DNA from: Candidatus Saccharimonadota bacterium
Lineage (GTDB): Bacteria; Patescibacteriota; Saccharimonadia; Saccharimonadales; Saccharimonadaceae
Direction of reading: 5' to 3'
Length of the DNA: 63,840 bases
NCBI GenBank assembly: GCA_905372495.1
Contig: CAJPPG010000001.1
Coordinates: forward strand, 1 to 63,840
Below are positions 1-8,540 of the stretch, piece by piece (the stretch's first letter is position 1; the number at the start of each line of letters is the position of its first letter). Below the pieces are notes generated by a model. The model worked only from the letters and a program-made list of their open reading frames with translations. It was not told where the DNA came from and did not search any database. The position numbers and the translations under genes are program-made.

Positions 1-1
1 T

Positions 2-922
2 CAGTTCTCGGAAGGGGCAAAAACTCATCTTCAAAATGCTTCGATCAATACTCTAGCCGAATGGCGTGATCAGTTTAGGGAAATCTATAAAGACCAAGAT
101 GAGGAGTTTAGAAGTTCTATTCATCCAATTTTTGTTTCTCGTATGCCAAAGCGCAAAGGTATAGGCAGTTTACATGATGATACAATCCGTTCACCAAAAG
201 GTATTTTAATTGATGAAAAAACTGGCATTATCTCGGCCAATCCAAATCGTAGTTCATTCATTCGTAAGAGGTTGCAAGATGTTAAAATTGCAGATTTGGA
301 AAATTCTATCCTAAAACAAAGTGATAAGGTATTATATCAGCAGTTGAAAAGTCTTCTTGAAGCCAATGGTGATGATCCTAAAAAAGCGTTCAAGGAACCT
401 GTCTATAAGAATAATGTTAAGTTCGATAAGAACGGGCATCCACTTTCTCCAGTTACAACAATCAAGGTCAATGACGATAAGCGTGTAAAATCCGGCATTT
501 TGCTTAACCATGGCACTCAGTTTGTGAATAATGGTCCTGGTTCTATGGTAAGAGTAGATGTCTATCAGAAGGATGTAAATGGGGAAAAGAAGTTATTTTA
601 TGTGCCAATCTATACACATCAAGTCCGTAGGGGATCAAATCGCATCCTTCCAACCACCTGCGGCTATGATTTTGTCGACAATACTTTCACCAAACTCTGC
701 TCAGTTTATCCTAATGATTATCTAATTATGAAAAAAGGCGATGAAGTATTACAAGGGTATTATATTAAATATGCAATCTCAACGTCCCAAATTACGTATA
801 TCTCAAATATATTACCAGGAAGTAAGGATACTGAAATAACGACAGGACGCGCACTCTCTAGTCTATATCGTTTCGACATTTCGGTTCTCGGCGACAATTA
901 TCCTTGGGAAAGATTATACTAA
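2..922 (+). CDS. cas9: Cas9, type II-C, C-terminal part (RuvC-III, WED, PAM-interacting); 5' part outside window
   Basis: The frame is open from base 2. FVSRMPKRKGIGSLHDDTIRS is the typical Cas9 RuvC-III motif and MVRVDVY...FYVPIY is typical of the II-C C-terminus. It lies directly upstream of cas1-cas2-array. Confidence 0.93.
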   Translation, partial: QFSEGAKTHLQNASINTLAEWRDQFREIYKDQDEEFRSSIHPIFVSRMPKRKGIGSLHDDTIRSPKGILIDEKTGIISANPNRSSFIRKRLQDVKIADLENSILKQSDKVLYQQLKSLLEANGDDPKKAFKEPVYKNNVKFDKNGHPLSPVTTIKVNDDKRVKSGILLNHGTQFVNNGPGSMVRVDVYQKDVNGEKKLFYVPIYTHQVRRGSNRILPTTCGYDFVDNTFTKLCSVYPNDYLIMKKGDEVLQGYYIKYAISTSQITYISNILPGSKDTEITTGRALSSLYRFDISVLGDNYPWERLY

Positions 923-928
923 AATATC

Positions 929-1822
929 ATGGCTTGGCGTACGGTTTATTTAGAGCAACAAACAAAACTTTGGCTAAGTCGGAATAATCTGTGTTTTTCT
1001 CATGACGAAGCAGAGTTGTCTGTTCCGATTGAAGATATTGATACCTTAGTAATTGATAATCACGGCACAAAAATTACCACAAATCTCATCAATAGTCTCG
1101 CCAATCAAGATGTAGCTATTATAATATGTGATTCTTCGCATCTACCAAGTACAGTGATTTTGCCCTACGCGAAACATTCACGCCAGGCCAAGATTTCTAG
1201 TGATCAGTTAAAAATGCGTCAACCAATCAGAAAGCAGCTCTGGCAGAAGAATATTATTCAGAAAATTCTTAATCAGGCAGAGGTCTTAAAGAAATTTAGT
1301 CTAGAACCCTCGGAACTGATTGAGCTATCTAAGCTTGTTAAATCTGGTGACACCTCAAACTGCGAGGCGGTTGCCGCAAGAATTTATTTTAATCAACTAC
1401 TTAGTGATTCGACTAGGCGTCAGCCAACCTGGTATAATTCCGCTCTTGATTATGGATATAGTATAGTGCGAAGTTGTATTGCTAGGAGTGTAGCTTCGCA
1501 TGGCCTAATCGCCTCGTTAGGAATCTTTCATCACAACGAGCTGAATAATTTCAATCTAGTGGACGATCTTATTGAATGCTATCGTCCTTTCGTTGATCTT
1601 TATGTTTTGAAGACAGTTCACTTGCGACATATTGGAGAAGAATCTGACGAAATTCTAACAAAAGACGATCGAGTCCTACTGACACAAGTTATCAACGAAA
1701 ATGTCAGAATTCGTAATTTGTCTTATTCCATAAAACACAGTATTGATATTACAGTAGAAAGTTTTATTACTGCATTTCAAAATGAAGATTTTAATCTGTT
1801 TGAACTTCCGAAATTTTGCTGA
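929..1822 (+). CDS. cas1: CRISPR-associated endonuclease Cas1 (type II)
   Basis: MAWRTV start, VPIEDI, SGDTSNCEAVAARIYF, NSALDYGYSIVR, LGIFHHNELNNFNLVDDLIECYRPFVD motifs. Confidence 0.96.
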   Translation: MAWRTVYLEQQTKLWLSRNNLCFSHDEAELSVPIEDIDTLVIDNHGTKITTNLINSLANQDVAIIICDSSHLPSTVILPYAKHSRQAKISSDQLKMRQPIRKQLWQKNIIQKILNQAEVLKKFSLEPSELIELSKLVKSGDTSNCEAVAARIYFNQLLSDSTRRQPTWYNSALDYGYSIVRSCIARSVASHGLIASLGIFHHNELNNFNLVDDLIECYRPFVDLYVLKTVHLRHIGEESDEILTKDDRVLLTQVINENVRIRNLSYSIKHSIDITVESFITAFQNEDFNLFELPKFC

Positions 1823-1853
1823 TTAATAATTTTTTGGGTGGGAGAAAGAAAAT

Positions 1854-2180
1854 ATGAGTAGTTATAATTTTATGCGAGCTCTAGTCTTATTCGATCTACC
1901 AACTGATACTAAACTTAATCGAGGAAATGCTACGCGGTTCCGAAACTATCTATTGAACGACGGATTTACGATGCTGCAATACAGTATTTATAGCCGACTC
2001 TGTCCAGATCGCGATAATGCAAATACTCACCTTGAGCGAGTAAAAAAGCATGCTCCACATGAAGGGTCTATTCGTATGTTGATGTTGACTGAGAACCAGT
2101 TCACTAATATGGAGGTGATTTGTGGCAAGAAAACTGAGCAAGAGGAATATATTAGCAACGAACAGATGCTCTTATTTTGA
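1854..2180 (+). CDS. cas2: CRISPR-associated endoribonuclease Cas2
   Basis: MRALVLFDLP...FRNYLLNDGFTMLQYSIYSR; follows cas1. Confidence 0.96.
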   Translation: MSSYNFMRALVLFDLPTDTKLNRGNATRFRNYLLNDGFTMLQYSIYSRLCPDRDNANTHLERVKKHAPHEGSIRMLMLTENQFTNMEVICGKKTEQEEYISNEQMLLF

Positions 2181-2271
2181 ATTAGAAAATAAACGTAAAT
2201 ACTATAAAAATTAGTTTTAAATGCGCAGCTCTCTAATAAAGAAGATAAAAATAAAAATGCTTAACCAACAA

Positions 2272-2299
2272 AAAATCTTCCATTAACAGGGAAGATTTT
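2272..2299 (-). terminator. Intrinsic terminator for the minus-strand CRISPR transcript (possibly bidirectional)
   Basis: Inverted repeat AAAATCTTCC-N8-GGAAGATTTT with a longer U-tract on the minus strand, between cas2 and repeat 1. Confidence 0.65.
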
Positions 2300-2318
2300 C
2301 TGTAAGTAAAATTGTAGT

Positions 2319-3014
2319 ATTATACTACTATCGAAATTATTAGGGGACTATAACGAGCTGTGGTATAATCTATTCAGAACCACCATTATACTACTATCGA
2401 AATTATTAGGGGACTATAACATAGTTTGCAACTTTATTTAATCTGAGTAAATTATACTACTATCGAAATTATTAGGGGACTATAACCTAAGGCTTCGTCT
2501 GTAGTCATTAGCCCACATTATACTACTATCGAAATTATTAGGGGACTATAACCAATCAGTATCACGGACTTAATGCTAGCAGATTATACTACTATCGAAA
2601 TTATTAGGGGACTATAACTTAAAAGAGCAAGAGGAGCTAAACTGGGACATTATACTACTATCGAAATTATTAGGGGACTATAACAGTCTGCCCTGCCACG
2701 TTAGCATAGGCTTTATTATACTACTATCGAAATTATTAGGGGACTATAACAACGAAGTATCAGCTATGATTGAAAACGCCATTATACTACTATCGAAATT
2801 ATTAGGGGACTATAACTTTCCTCCCTAGACTTGCCGAAATAGCTTCATTATACTACTATCGAAATTATTAGGGGACTATAACTAGCTTCTTGAAGTAGGG
2901 AAGAAACGACTCATTATACTACTATCGAAATTATTAGGGGACTATAACCTTCAGGATTTACTTAACCGCCGTGGCCGAATTATACTACTATCGAAATTAT
3001 TAGGGGACTATAAC
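2319..3014 (-). CRISPR. Type II-C CRISPR array: 11 identical 36-bp repeats and 10 spacers of 30 bp
   Basis: ATTATACTACTATCGAAATTATTAGGGGACTATAAC recurs every 66 bp from 2319 to 2979. The minus strand reads GTTATAGTCCCC...GTAGTATAAT, ending in a -10 box as in Neisseria-type II-C repeats. No csn2 or cas4 is present. Confidence 0.98.
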
Positions 3015-3162
3015 CTTGTTTATCAGTGATGTTTTCGTACACCTTTGTCATTACGTTTTCTTGATTATCTAAACCAGCTTTTGAGCGTCGTTCTAGACCT
3101 TCCGTGCGAGAGTATCTACTTAATACGTTGTATGTTCCGTCTAAGTTTTTACGTATTAGCAT
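2980..3162 (-). CDS. Small phage-like hypothetical ORF, apparently truncated by and reading into the last CRISPR repeat
   Basis: MLIRKNLDGTYNVLSRYSRTEG...ITDKQ, then repeat-derived GYSPLIISIVV. Its start overlaps the stop of the upstream ORF by 14 nt. Confidence 0.4.
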   Translation of the reverse strand: MLIRKNLDGTYNVLSRYSRTEGLERRSKAGLDNQENVMTKVYENITDKQGYSPLIISIVV

Positions 3163-3301
3163 TGGCTAATCTCGCGCCCTTCACCATACTCGCATTTAAA
3201 CGCGCTATCATTAGTGCCTTTTCCACTAGCGGTAGTGCGGGGCTGAAGTCTTTTATTGTGTCGCTAAAATGACACTGGTATGTCTGACTCTGTAAATTCA
3301 T
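3149..3301 (-). CDS. 50-aa phage-like hypothetical ORF (below the ORF-track cut-off)
   Basis: Manual translation: MNLQSQTYQCHFSDTIKDFSPALPLVEKALMIARLNASMVKGARLANANT*. It overlaps the start of the next ORF. Confidence 0.35.
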   Translation of the reverse strand: MNLQSQTYQCHFSDTIKDFSPALPLVEKALMIARLNASMVKGARLANANT

Positions 3302-3445
3302 TGCCGTACCTATCAATCATTCGTTCGCCTAGTTTCATTTTGACATTGTCAGCGCCTTGTGATATATTGGAGTCGTAACTCCCACCGACTCGGGCTATTC
3401 GGCTCGACTAGGGAGCTTTCTTTTATGTCATTTGTTGCTGGGTGA

Positions 3446-3628
3446 CTACAGTAGTGCTTGTGCAATTTCTAGTTTATCTGGATCACCATTTTGAGTAATA
3501 AGATAACGGGCATACCTAGATAGCTCAAAATTTATTAACTCTCTCTTTGCTCCACTACCTACAGTGATCATTTTTTCCACCTGGCGAAAATGATCGTTTA
3601 TGTTGTAATATTTTGTTATAACCTCCTT
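3446..3628 (-). pseudogene. dinD: Internal fragment of DNA-damage-inducible protein D (BRO-like N-terminal region)
   Basis: Manual translation KEVITKYYNINDHFRQVEKMITVGSGAKRELINFELSRYARYLITQNGDPDKLEIAQALL* matches the DinD signature DHF...KM..GSG..R......LSRYACYLI.QNGDP.K.EIA. It lacks the N-terminus and stops early. Confidence 0.8.
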
Positions 3629-4643
3629 ACACTACCACCTCAAACTCCGCTCCATGTCCCTCGCTACTTCGAAGCACAATCTTATACCCCTGTCTTTCTG
3701 CCAAATTCTTCGCAATCGCCAGTCCCAGCCCATGACTCGTCTTATCTTCTGTTCTCGTCCTCGCCGTGTCCACTTGATAAAATCTCTCAAAAATCCGTTT
3801 CTGATCTTCTTTCTTCACCCCCACTCCATTATCTTTCACGCTAAACACCACATTCTTTCCACGTCGCACCGCGCGCAGATACACCATCGAATCTCCCGAA
3901 TATTTCATTGCATTGTCCAAAAAAACCGTGAGGATCTGTTCAAGAGTCTTTTTCGCCACCACTGTCGTCTTGTCCTTTCCGACATTCATCTCCAGCTCAA
4001 TCTCCACTCCGCTTTTTCTTGCCACTGGTAATAATTTCTCACGCAGGTCTGTCATAAAGTCGGCGATAACAATCGTCTCCCCACTTTCACGGTCGTTATT
4101 CTCCCGCGCCACATCCAACATCGAAGTCGTCAGTTCCTTCATTCTCAAAATCTCTTCAATATTCTTCGCGATCACCTCGCGTGCCTTCTCTTCCGGTAAA
4201 TTCTTCTTTCTCATCGCCACCTCATTTCTGATTAGCATCGCCGTCAGTGGTGTTTTTAATTCATGGCTCGCATCAAAAATAAACTGCGTCTGCTTCATCA
4301 TCGCTCGCTCAATCGGCGCCAGTGTCAATCTTGCCAGGCTGCGGCTCACAAAAATCCCAATCAGAAATATTCCAAGATTAAATCCCACCAGGGAATAAAT
4401 AATCATCACGCGCGTCGTATTATCACGACTCTCCAACCTTTTTCTAAAGATCTTTTCGAACGTGTGTTCCTCAAGTCCCGACACTACCACACTTACATTA
4501 GAATATTCATCCTCATTAGAAACCAGCGGCCGATTCAAGCTCGCCGTAGACAATAAATAAATAATTCCAGTAAAGATCAACGACAGCGCCATAATTACAA
4601 CCAAATAGCTCAGCGCTAAGCGGTTCACTTCGGATTTTTTCAT
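3627..4643 (-). CDS. Two-component sensor histidine kinase (2 TM, HisKA, HATPase)
   Basis: DASHELKTPL H-box, LDNAMKYS N-box, VKDNGVG, IFERFYQVD, GLGLAIAK. Confidence 0.95.
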   Translation of the reverse strand: MKKSEVNRLALSYLVVIMALSLIFTGIIYLLSTASLNRPLVSNEDEYSNVSVVVSGLEEHTFEKIFRKRLESRDNTTRVMIIYSLVGFNLGIFLIGIFVSRSLARLTLAPIERAMMKQTQFIFDASHELKTPLTAMLIRNEVAMRKKNLPEEKAREVIAKNIEEILRMKELTTSMLDVARENNDRESGETIVIADFMTDLREKLLPVARKSGVEIELEMNVGKDKTTVVAKKTLEQILTVFLDNAMKYSGDSMVYLRAVRRGKNVVFSVKDNGVGVKKEDQKRIFERFYQVDTARTRTEDKTSHGLGLAIAKNLAERQGYKIVLRSSEGHGAEFEVVV

Positions 4644-5323
4644 TGTTCTGACTTTCCGCCTACAATCTTATAGCCAAATCCAGGCACGGTCTGGATCAAT
4701 TTTTGCTTATAAGGTTTATCAATCTTCTTTCGCAAAAACATAATAAATAATTCCACATTATTCGGCAACACGTCCGCGTCAAAATCCCAAACGTTCGAAA
4801 TAATTTTCTCTTTCGACAAAACCTTGCCCTCGTTTCGCATCAAATATTCTAACACCGCGTATTCCTTGGCAGTCAGCTTAATCTCGTCTCCCGCTCGCGA
4901 GACGCTCTTAGTGCTGGGATCAAGTACAAGATCCGCCACACGTAAAACTTCCTCTAGCTTCTGGGCCGGCCTCCTCAGGATTGCCCGCATGTGCGCCAGT
5001 AGTACATCAAAGTTAAATGGTTTTGCCAGATAATCATCCGCCCCATAATCGAGTCCCCGTACCACATCTTGCGACTGCCCTCTCGCTGTCAGCATGAGAA
5101 TCGGCGTAGTATTCTTTTCTGCTCGCAATTTCTGACAAACCTCGAATCCATTCATTGAAGGTAACATCACGTCAAGAATAATCAAATCATATTCTTCCGA
5201 CATCGCCGTGTGGTAACCATCCTCGCCGTCAAAGCAAGTATCCACTGCATACGATTCGTCCTCCAGCCCCTCCTTTAGTGCTTCGCTGATCTCTTTGTCA
5301 TCTTCAATAATTAAAATTTTCAT
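4640..5323 (-). CDS. OmpR/PhoB-family response regulator
   Basis: MKILIIEDD, DLIILDVMLP, GADDYLAKPF, LTAKEY, IQTVPGFGY; 4-bp overlap with the kinase. Confidence 0.96.
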   Translation of the reverse strand: MKILIIEDDKEISEALKEGLEDESYAVDTCFDGEDGYHTAMSEEYDLIILDVMLPSMNGFEVCQKLRAEKNTTPILMLTARGQSQDVVRGLDYGADDYLAKPFNFDVLLAHMRAILRRPAQKLEEVLRVADLVLDPSTKSVSRAGDEIKLTAKEYAVLEYLMRNEGKVLSKEKIISNVWDFDADVLPNNVELFIMFLRKKIDKPYKQKLIQTVPGFGYKIVGGKSEQ

Positions 5324-5337
5324 AATATAATTTCAGT

Positions 5338-5712
5338 TTAATAGGCGAAAGTTATAGCCTCGGGCCACATCGTATTCACCAACTTCTTACCTTGGCTGGT
5401 TACGCTTACTATAATTTTACCATAGGTCTGCTGAATGACTGTGAGCAGACCCTTGGACTTAAGCTCCGTTAGTACATTCATGGTCACTTTCTTTGGCATC
5501 CCCGCCTGATCCACGATACTGTCCACATCGTCTACCCCATCTTCGTACACCTGCTGCAAAATAAGAGCCTCATTTACCGACAAATCCATCTGTTTATTTT
5601 TCTTGAACTTATTAGTTTTTCGATTCTTATTTTTCATGGTTTTCTCCTTCTTTGAAATTTTTCTAACTAAAATTTCATCATCTTCGTATTGGTTAACATC
5701 ATAATTATTCAT
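5338..5712 (-). CDS. Small winged-helix DNA-binding protein (alternative start at 5637)
   Basis: LSVNEALILQQV...VLTELKSKGLL...VSVTSQGKK wHTH pattern. SD-like sequences precede both candidate starts. Confidence 0.55.
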   Translation of the reverse strand: MNNYDVNQYEDDEILVRKISKKEKTMKNKNRKTNKFKKNKQMDLSVNEALILQQVYEDGVDDVDSIVDQAGMPKKVTMNVLTELKSKGLLTVIQQTYGKIIVSVTSQGKKLVNTMWPEAITFAY

Positions 5713-5739
5713 TCTATTCCTTTCGCTTATGTTGCTTAT

Positions 5740-5772
5740 AGTTTATTAGGATGTTCTTTAAAATCGCTTTAA
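5740..5772 (-). promoter_or_regulatory. Candidate OmpR-family binding site (TTAAAG-N5-TTAAAG) 10 nt upstream of a TAAACT -10 box
   Basis: Perfect direct repeat on the minus strand (5772-5767 and 5761-5756) in the -35 position of the wHTH-RR-HK operon. Confidence 0.5.
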
Positions 5773-5798
5773 GACTCTAAAAGATGTATAATTAATCT

Positions 5799-7277
5799 AT
5801 GAAACAAGAGAAAACCGTTAAAAAATCGAGACCACTTTTATCCTTTTTTCAGCTTCTCGCTGCCTTGTCCAGTCTCGCCATGCTCTATTTTTTATACCAA
5901 GCTCAAATCCTGCCGATTCGCCTTTTTGGCTTTATCGTTATCTTCTATATTCTCTTAGTTGTCCTTTTGATCATCATTAGTCGAAAGATTATCCTGCTCG
6001 CCATTCTTTTAATCTTGGATATTCTTCTTAATATTGTACTTGCTTTTGTGTTTTATAAATATAACGGCTATCTTTCTCAGATTGGCAAAAATGAAACTTA
6101 CCAGGAGAAATATAGCCTTATTACGCTCGCCGCCTCTCCTCTTGCCGAAACTGGCCAGGGTGAGATCATCCGTATCGGCATCCTAAGTAGTGATCCTTAT
6201 AAGGAAACCGTCGAGCAATATCTACAGGCTGACGCCAGTTCCCGTGAGGGGCTACTTGCGAAATCTCTCGCGCCATCTGACTATCTTGGCTTCACTGACA
6301 CTCTCTCACTCATCTCTGCACTCTTAAACCAAACTAATGCTAGTGATGCTTCTTCCGTTAGAACTATCTTTCTTTCAAACGGTAATCTTGAATCTCTCAA
6401 AGATAACAATCAGGAAATTTGGAATAAGCTGCACGTTCTTCAAGAAGTATCTATAAGTGTTACTCCAAAAACCATCGAGACCACCAAAAACACTTCTCTT
6501 GATGCTCCGTTTATAGTTTATATTAGCGGCATTGATAACCGAGATCATACCTTGCCTTATGCTGCTCGCTCGGATGTGAATCTAATTCTCGTCTTTAATC
6601 CCGCCAGACATCAGATTCTCGTGCTTAATACTCCGCGTGACTTCTACGTGCCTCTCGCCATGAATGGACAGAATGATAAACTCACTCACGCCGGTCTTTA
6701 TGGCGTAAACGAATCTATTCATACTCTCGAAAAATTCTATGATATCAAAATTAATTACTACGCACGCATTAATTTTGATGGCACCTCCTCCATTATTGAT
6801 CAGCTCGGTGGTGTTGATATCACGCTTCCTTACGCTATTAATACCTACCATGGCCACCGCTCATACAGCCCAGGCACTTATCACTTAAACGGTGCAGAGG
6901 CTCTCGATATAGCCAGGGAACGAGTGTCGATTAGTTGGGCTGGTGGTGACCGCGAACGTGGTCGTAATCAAGAAAAAATCTTGGCCGCCCTTATCTCCAA
7001 GTCTCAACACGATCCGAATATTCTCGGCAAAGTTGATCAAATCTTTGCTTCAATTGCCAAAAATATCCAGACCAATTTCACTAGTGATGATCTAAAATAT
7101 CTCGTTCAAAGACAGCTTACCAGTCCTGCCAAATGGCAAACTGAACTCATTGATGTTGATGGTAAGGCCGATATCACCTCCACCTTCACCTATCAAGAAC
7201 CAAAACACTTTGTCTGGCATCCTTATCCAGAGTCCGTCGATCGCGCCAAAGCTAAACTGCAAGAGTATCTCAAATAG
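5799..7277 (+). CDS. LCP (LytR-CpsA-Psr) family protein, CpsA-like
   Basis: Three N-terminal TMs; YISGID, RSDVN, TPRDFYV, DKLTHAGLYG, GDRERGRNQ motifs. Confidence 0.92.
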   Translation: MKQEKTVKKSRPLLSFFQLLAALSSLAMLYFLYQAQILPIRLFGFIVIFYILLVVLLIIISRKIILLAILLILDILLNIVLAFVFYKYNGYLSQIGKNETYQEKYSLITLAASPLAETGQGEIIRIGILSSDPYKETVEQYLQADASSREGLLAKSLAPSDYLGFTDTLSLISALLNQTNASDASSVRTIFLSNGNLESLKDNNQEIWNKLHVLQEVSISVTPKTIETTKNTSLDAPFIVYISGIDNRDHTLPYAARSDVNLILVFNPARHQILVLNTPRDFYVPLAMNGQNDKLTHAGLYGVNESIHTLEKFYDIKINYYARINFDGTSSIIDQLGGVDITLPYAINTYHGHRSYSPGTYHLNGAEALDIARERVSISWAGGDRERGRNQEKILAALISKSQHDPNILGKVDQIFASIAKNIQTNFTSDDLKYLVQRQLTSPAKWQTELIDVDGKADITSTFTYQEPKHFVWHPYPESVDRAKAKLQEYLK

Positions 7278-7280
7278 CCC

Positions 7281-7835
7281 ATGTACGATTTTCTTCAGCG
7301 TCATAAGAGACCTCTCCTTTTATTGCTCCTCGTTTTACAGATGACTCTCATTTTTGTGATGTCCTCCTTTGGCTCAGATTCTTCCAATGCCCAGAGTAAT
7401 CAAATCATTCAGGTTCTTCATCAGGTTTTTCCAAACCTCTCAAACGATCATTCATTCTTTGGCGCGAGCAATCTGACTCTTGTTGTTCGTAAGACCGCTC
7501 ATTTCACCGAGTATGCCATCCTCGGACTGCTCTTCTTTCTTGTCTACCGCGCCTATTTTGCAAAACCCTCTAGTACAAAACCTTCTAGTGTAAAACCCTC
7601 GAATACAAAACTCTCTAATGCAAAGTTCTCAGATGCAAAGCTCCTTCTCTTTGCCCTATGCTCAAGTTTTCTTTATGCTTGCACGGACGAGCTACATCAA
7701 CTCTTCGTTTCAGGTCGCAGCGGACAGTTCACCGATGTGCTCATCGATACTCTCGGGGCTCTTTTTGGCTGCCTCTTAGTAATGATTATTAGGCGCCTAA
7801 GAAAGGCTTGGCGAGCTCGTCGCCATTTGCAGTAA
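7281..7835 (+). CDS. VanZ family membrane protein
   Basis: VRKTAHFTEYAILG, YACTDELHQLFVSGR, DVLIDTLGA. Confidence 0.9.
   Translation: MYDFLQRHKRPLLLLLLVLQMTLIFVMSSFGSDSSNAQSNQIIQVLHQVFPNLSNDHSFFGASNLTLVVRKTAHFTEYAILGLLFFLVYRAYFAKPSSTKPSSVKPSNTKLSNAKFSDAKLLLFALCSSFLYACTDELHQLFVSGRSGQFTDVLIDTLGALFGCLLVMIIRRLRKAWRARRHLQ
7561..7643 (+). repeat. Degenerate 15-bp tandem repeat (about 5.5 units) within vanZ
   Basis: Encodes KPSST-KPSSV-KPSNT-KLSNA-KFSDA-KL. Confidence 0.8.
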
Positions 7836-8532
7836 TCTTGCGATATTCGGTCTCGCCGATTAATTTAATTATTTTTTTCTCAGCCTTCTCAAATTTCAAA
7901 AACATTGAGCCTTCTGTACGATGAATATCTGTACCTAAATAACTCACCAGACGGTTTTTTAGTAAGAACTTTACTGTCTTCTTTGTCTTGGCTCCGTATT
8001 GTCCAACAATACTGCCATAATTAGACTGTAATTTTACCCCTAATTTAACAATTTCAAAGATGGCTTCCTTCTTTTTTTGGATAAATAAATAACGTTCAGG
8101 GTGTGCAAGCACCGGCACAAGATCTTTTGCTTTTAACTCAAATATGATATCACGAAGATAGGAAACTTCCGCATAGAATGGCAGCTCAAACAGCACATGC
8201 TGATGTTTCTTCCTGCTATTTAGTTCTCCGCCAAAACAGGAAGCCTTGCCCTTGACTAAATAATCCACCATTTTTGGATCAATGTAAATTTCATTACCAG
8301 GCATCAACTTTAGTTTAATACCGGCCTTATTAAGTTCAGCCTGAAGCTTCTCGCGTAGTTGATTTTTAGTCTGATTGTCAGCCGCCTGTGGACTGTCGGC
8401 GATGTAATGTGAAGTACAAAATACCCCATTAAACCCTAGTCCCACCAGCCTCCTCGCCATCTTTACACTTTCTTCGATGGACCCGCTGCCATCGTCAATT
8501 CCAGGTAGAATATGTAAGTGTAAATCAATCAT
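7789..8532 (-). CDS. CpsB/CapC PHP-family tyrosine-protein phosphatase
   Basis: MIDLHLHILPGIDDG, TSHY, PGNEI, LAHPERY, GTDIH. Confidence 0.93.
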   Translation of the reverse strand: MIDLHLHILPGIDDGSGSIEESVKMARRLVGLGFNGVFCTSHYIADSPQAADNQTKNQLREKLQAELNKAGIKLKLMPGNEIYIDPKMVDYLVKGKASCFGGELNSRKKHQHVLFELPFYAEVSYLRDIIFELKAKDLVPVLAHPERYLFIQKKKEAIFEIVKLGVKLQSNYGSIVGQYGAKTKKTVKFLLKNRLVSYLGTDIHRTEGSMFLKFEKAEKKIIKLIGETEYRKITANGDELAKPFLGA

Positions 8533-8540
8533 AGAGTGAC

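Noticed and set aside
2355..2978. Self-targeting spacers within the window
   Set aside because: Only short partial matches were noticed by eye; an alignment is needed to exclude this fully.
3489..3595. Inverted repeats (ATTTTGAG/CTCAAAAT and GATCATTTT/AAAATGATC) as an ncRNA
   Set aside because: They fall within dinD-derived coding sequence and are probably incidental.
3015..3600. Concatenated repeat-less spacers
   Set aside because: Reading frames run continuously across the 30-nt boundaries, and part of the region is a recognisable dinD fragment.
2181..3626. tracrRNA anti-repeat near the array
   Set aside because: No extended complement to the repeat was found (only TATAAC at about 3617-3622); it probably lies upstream of cas9, outside the window.
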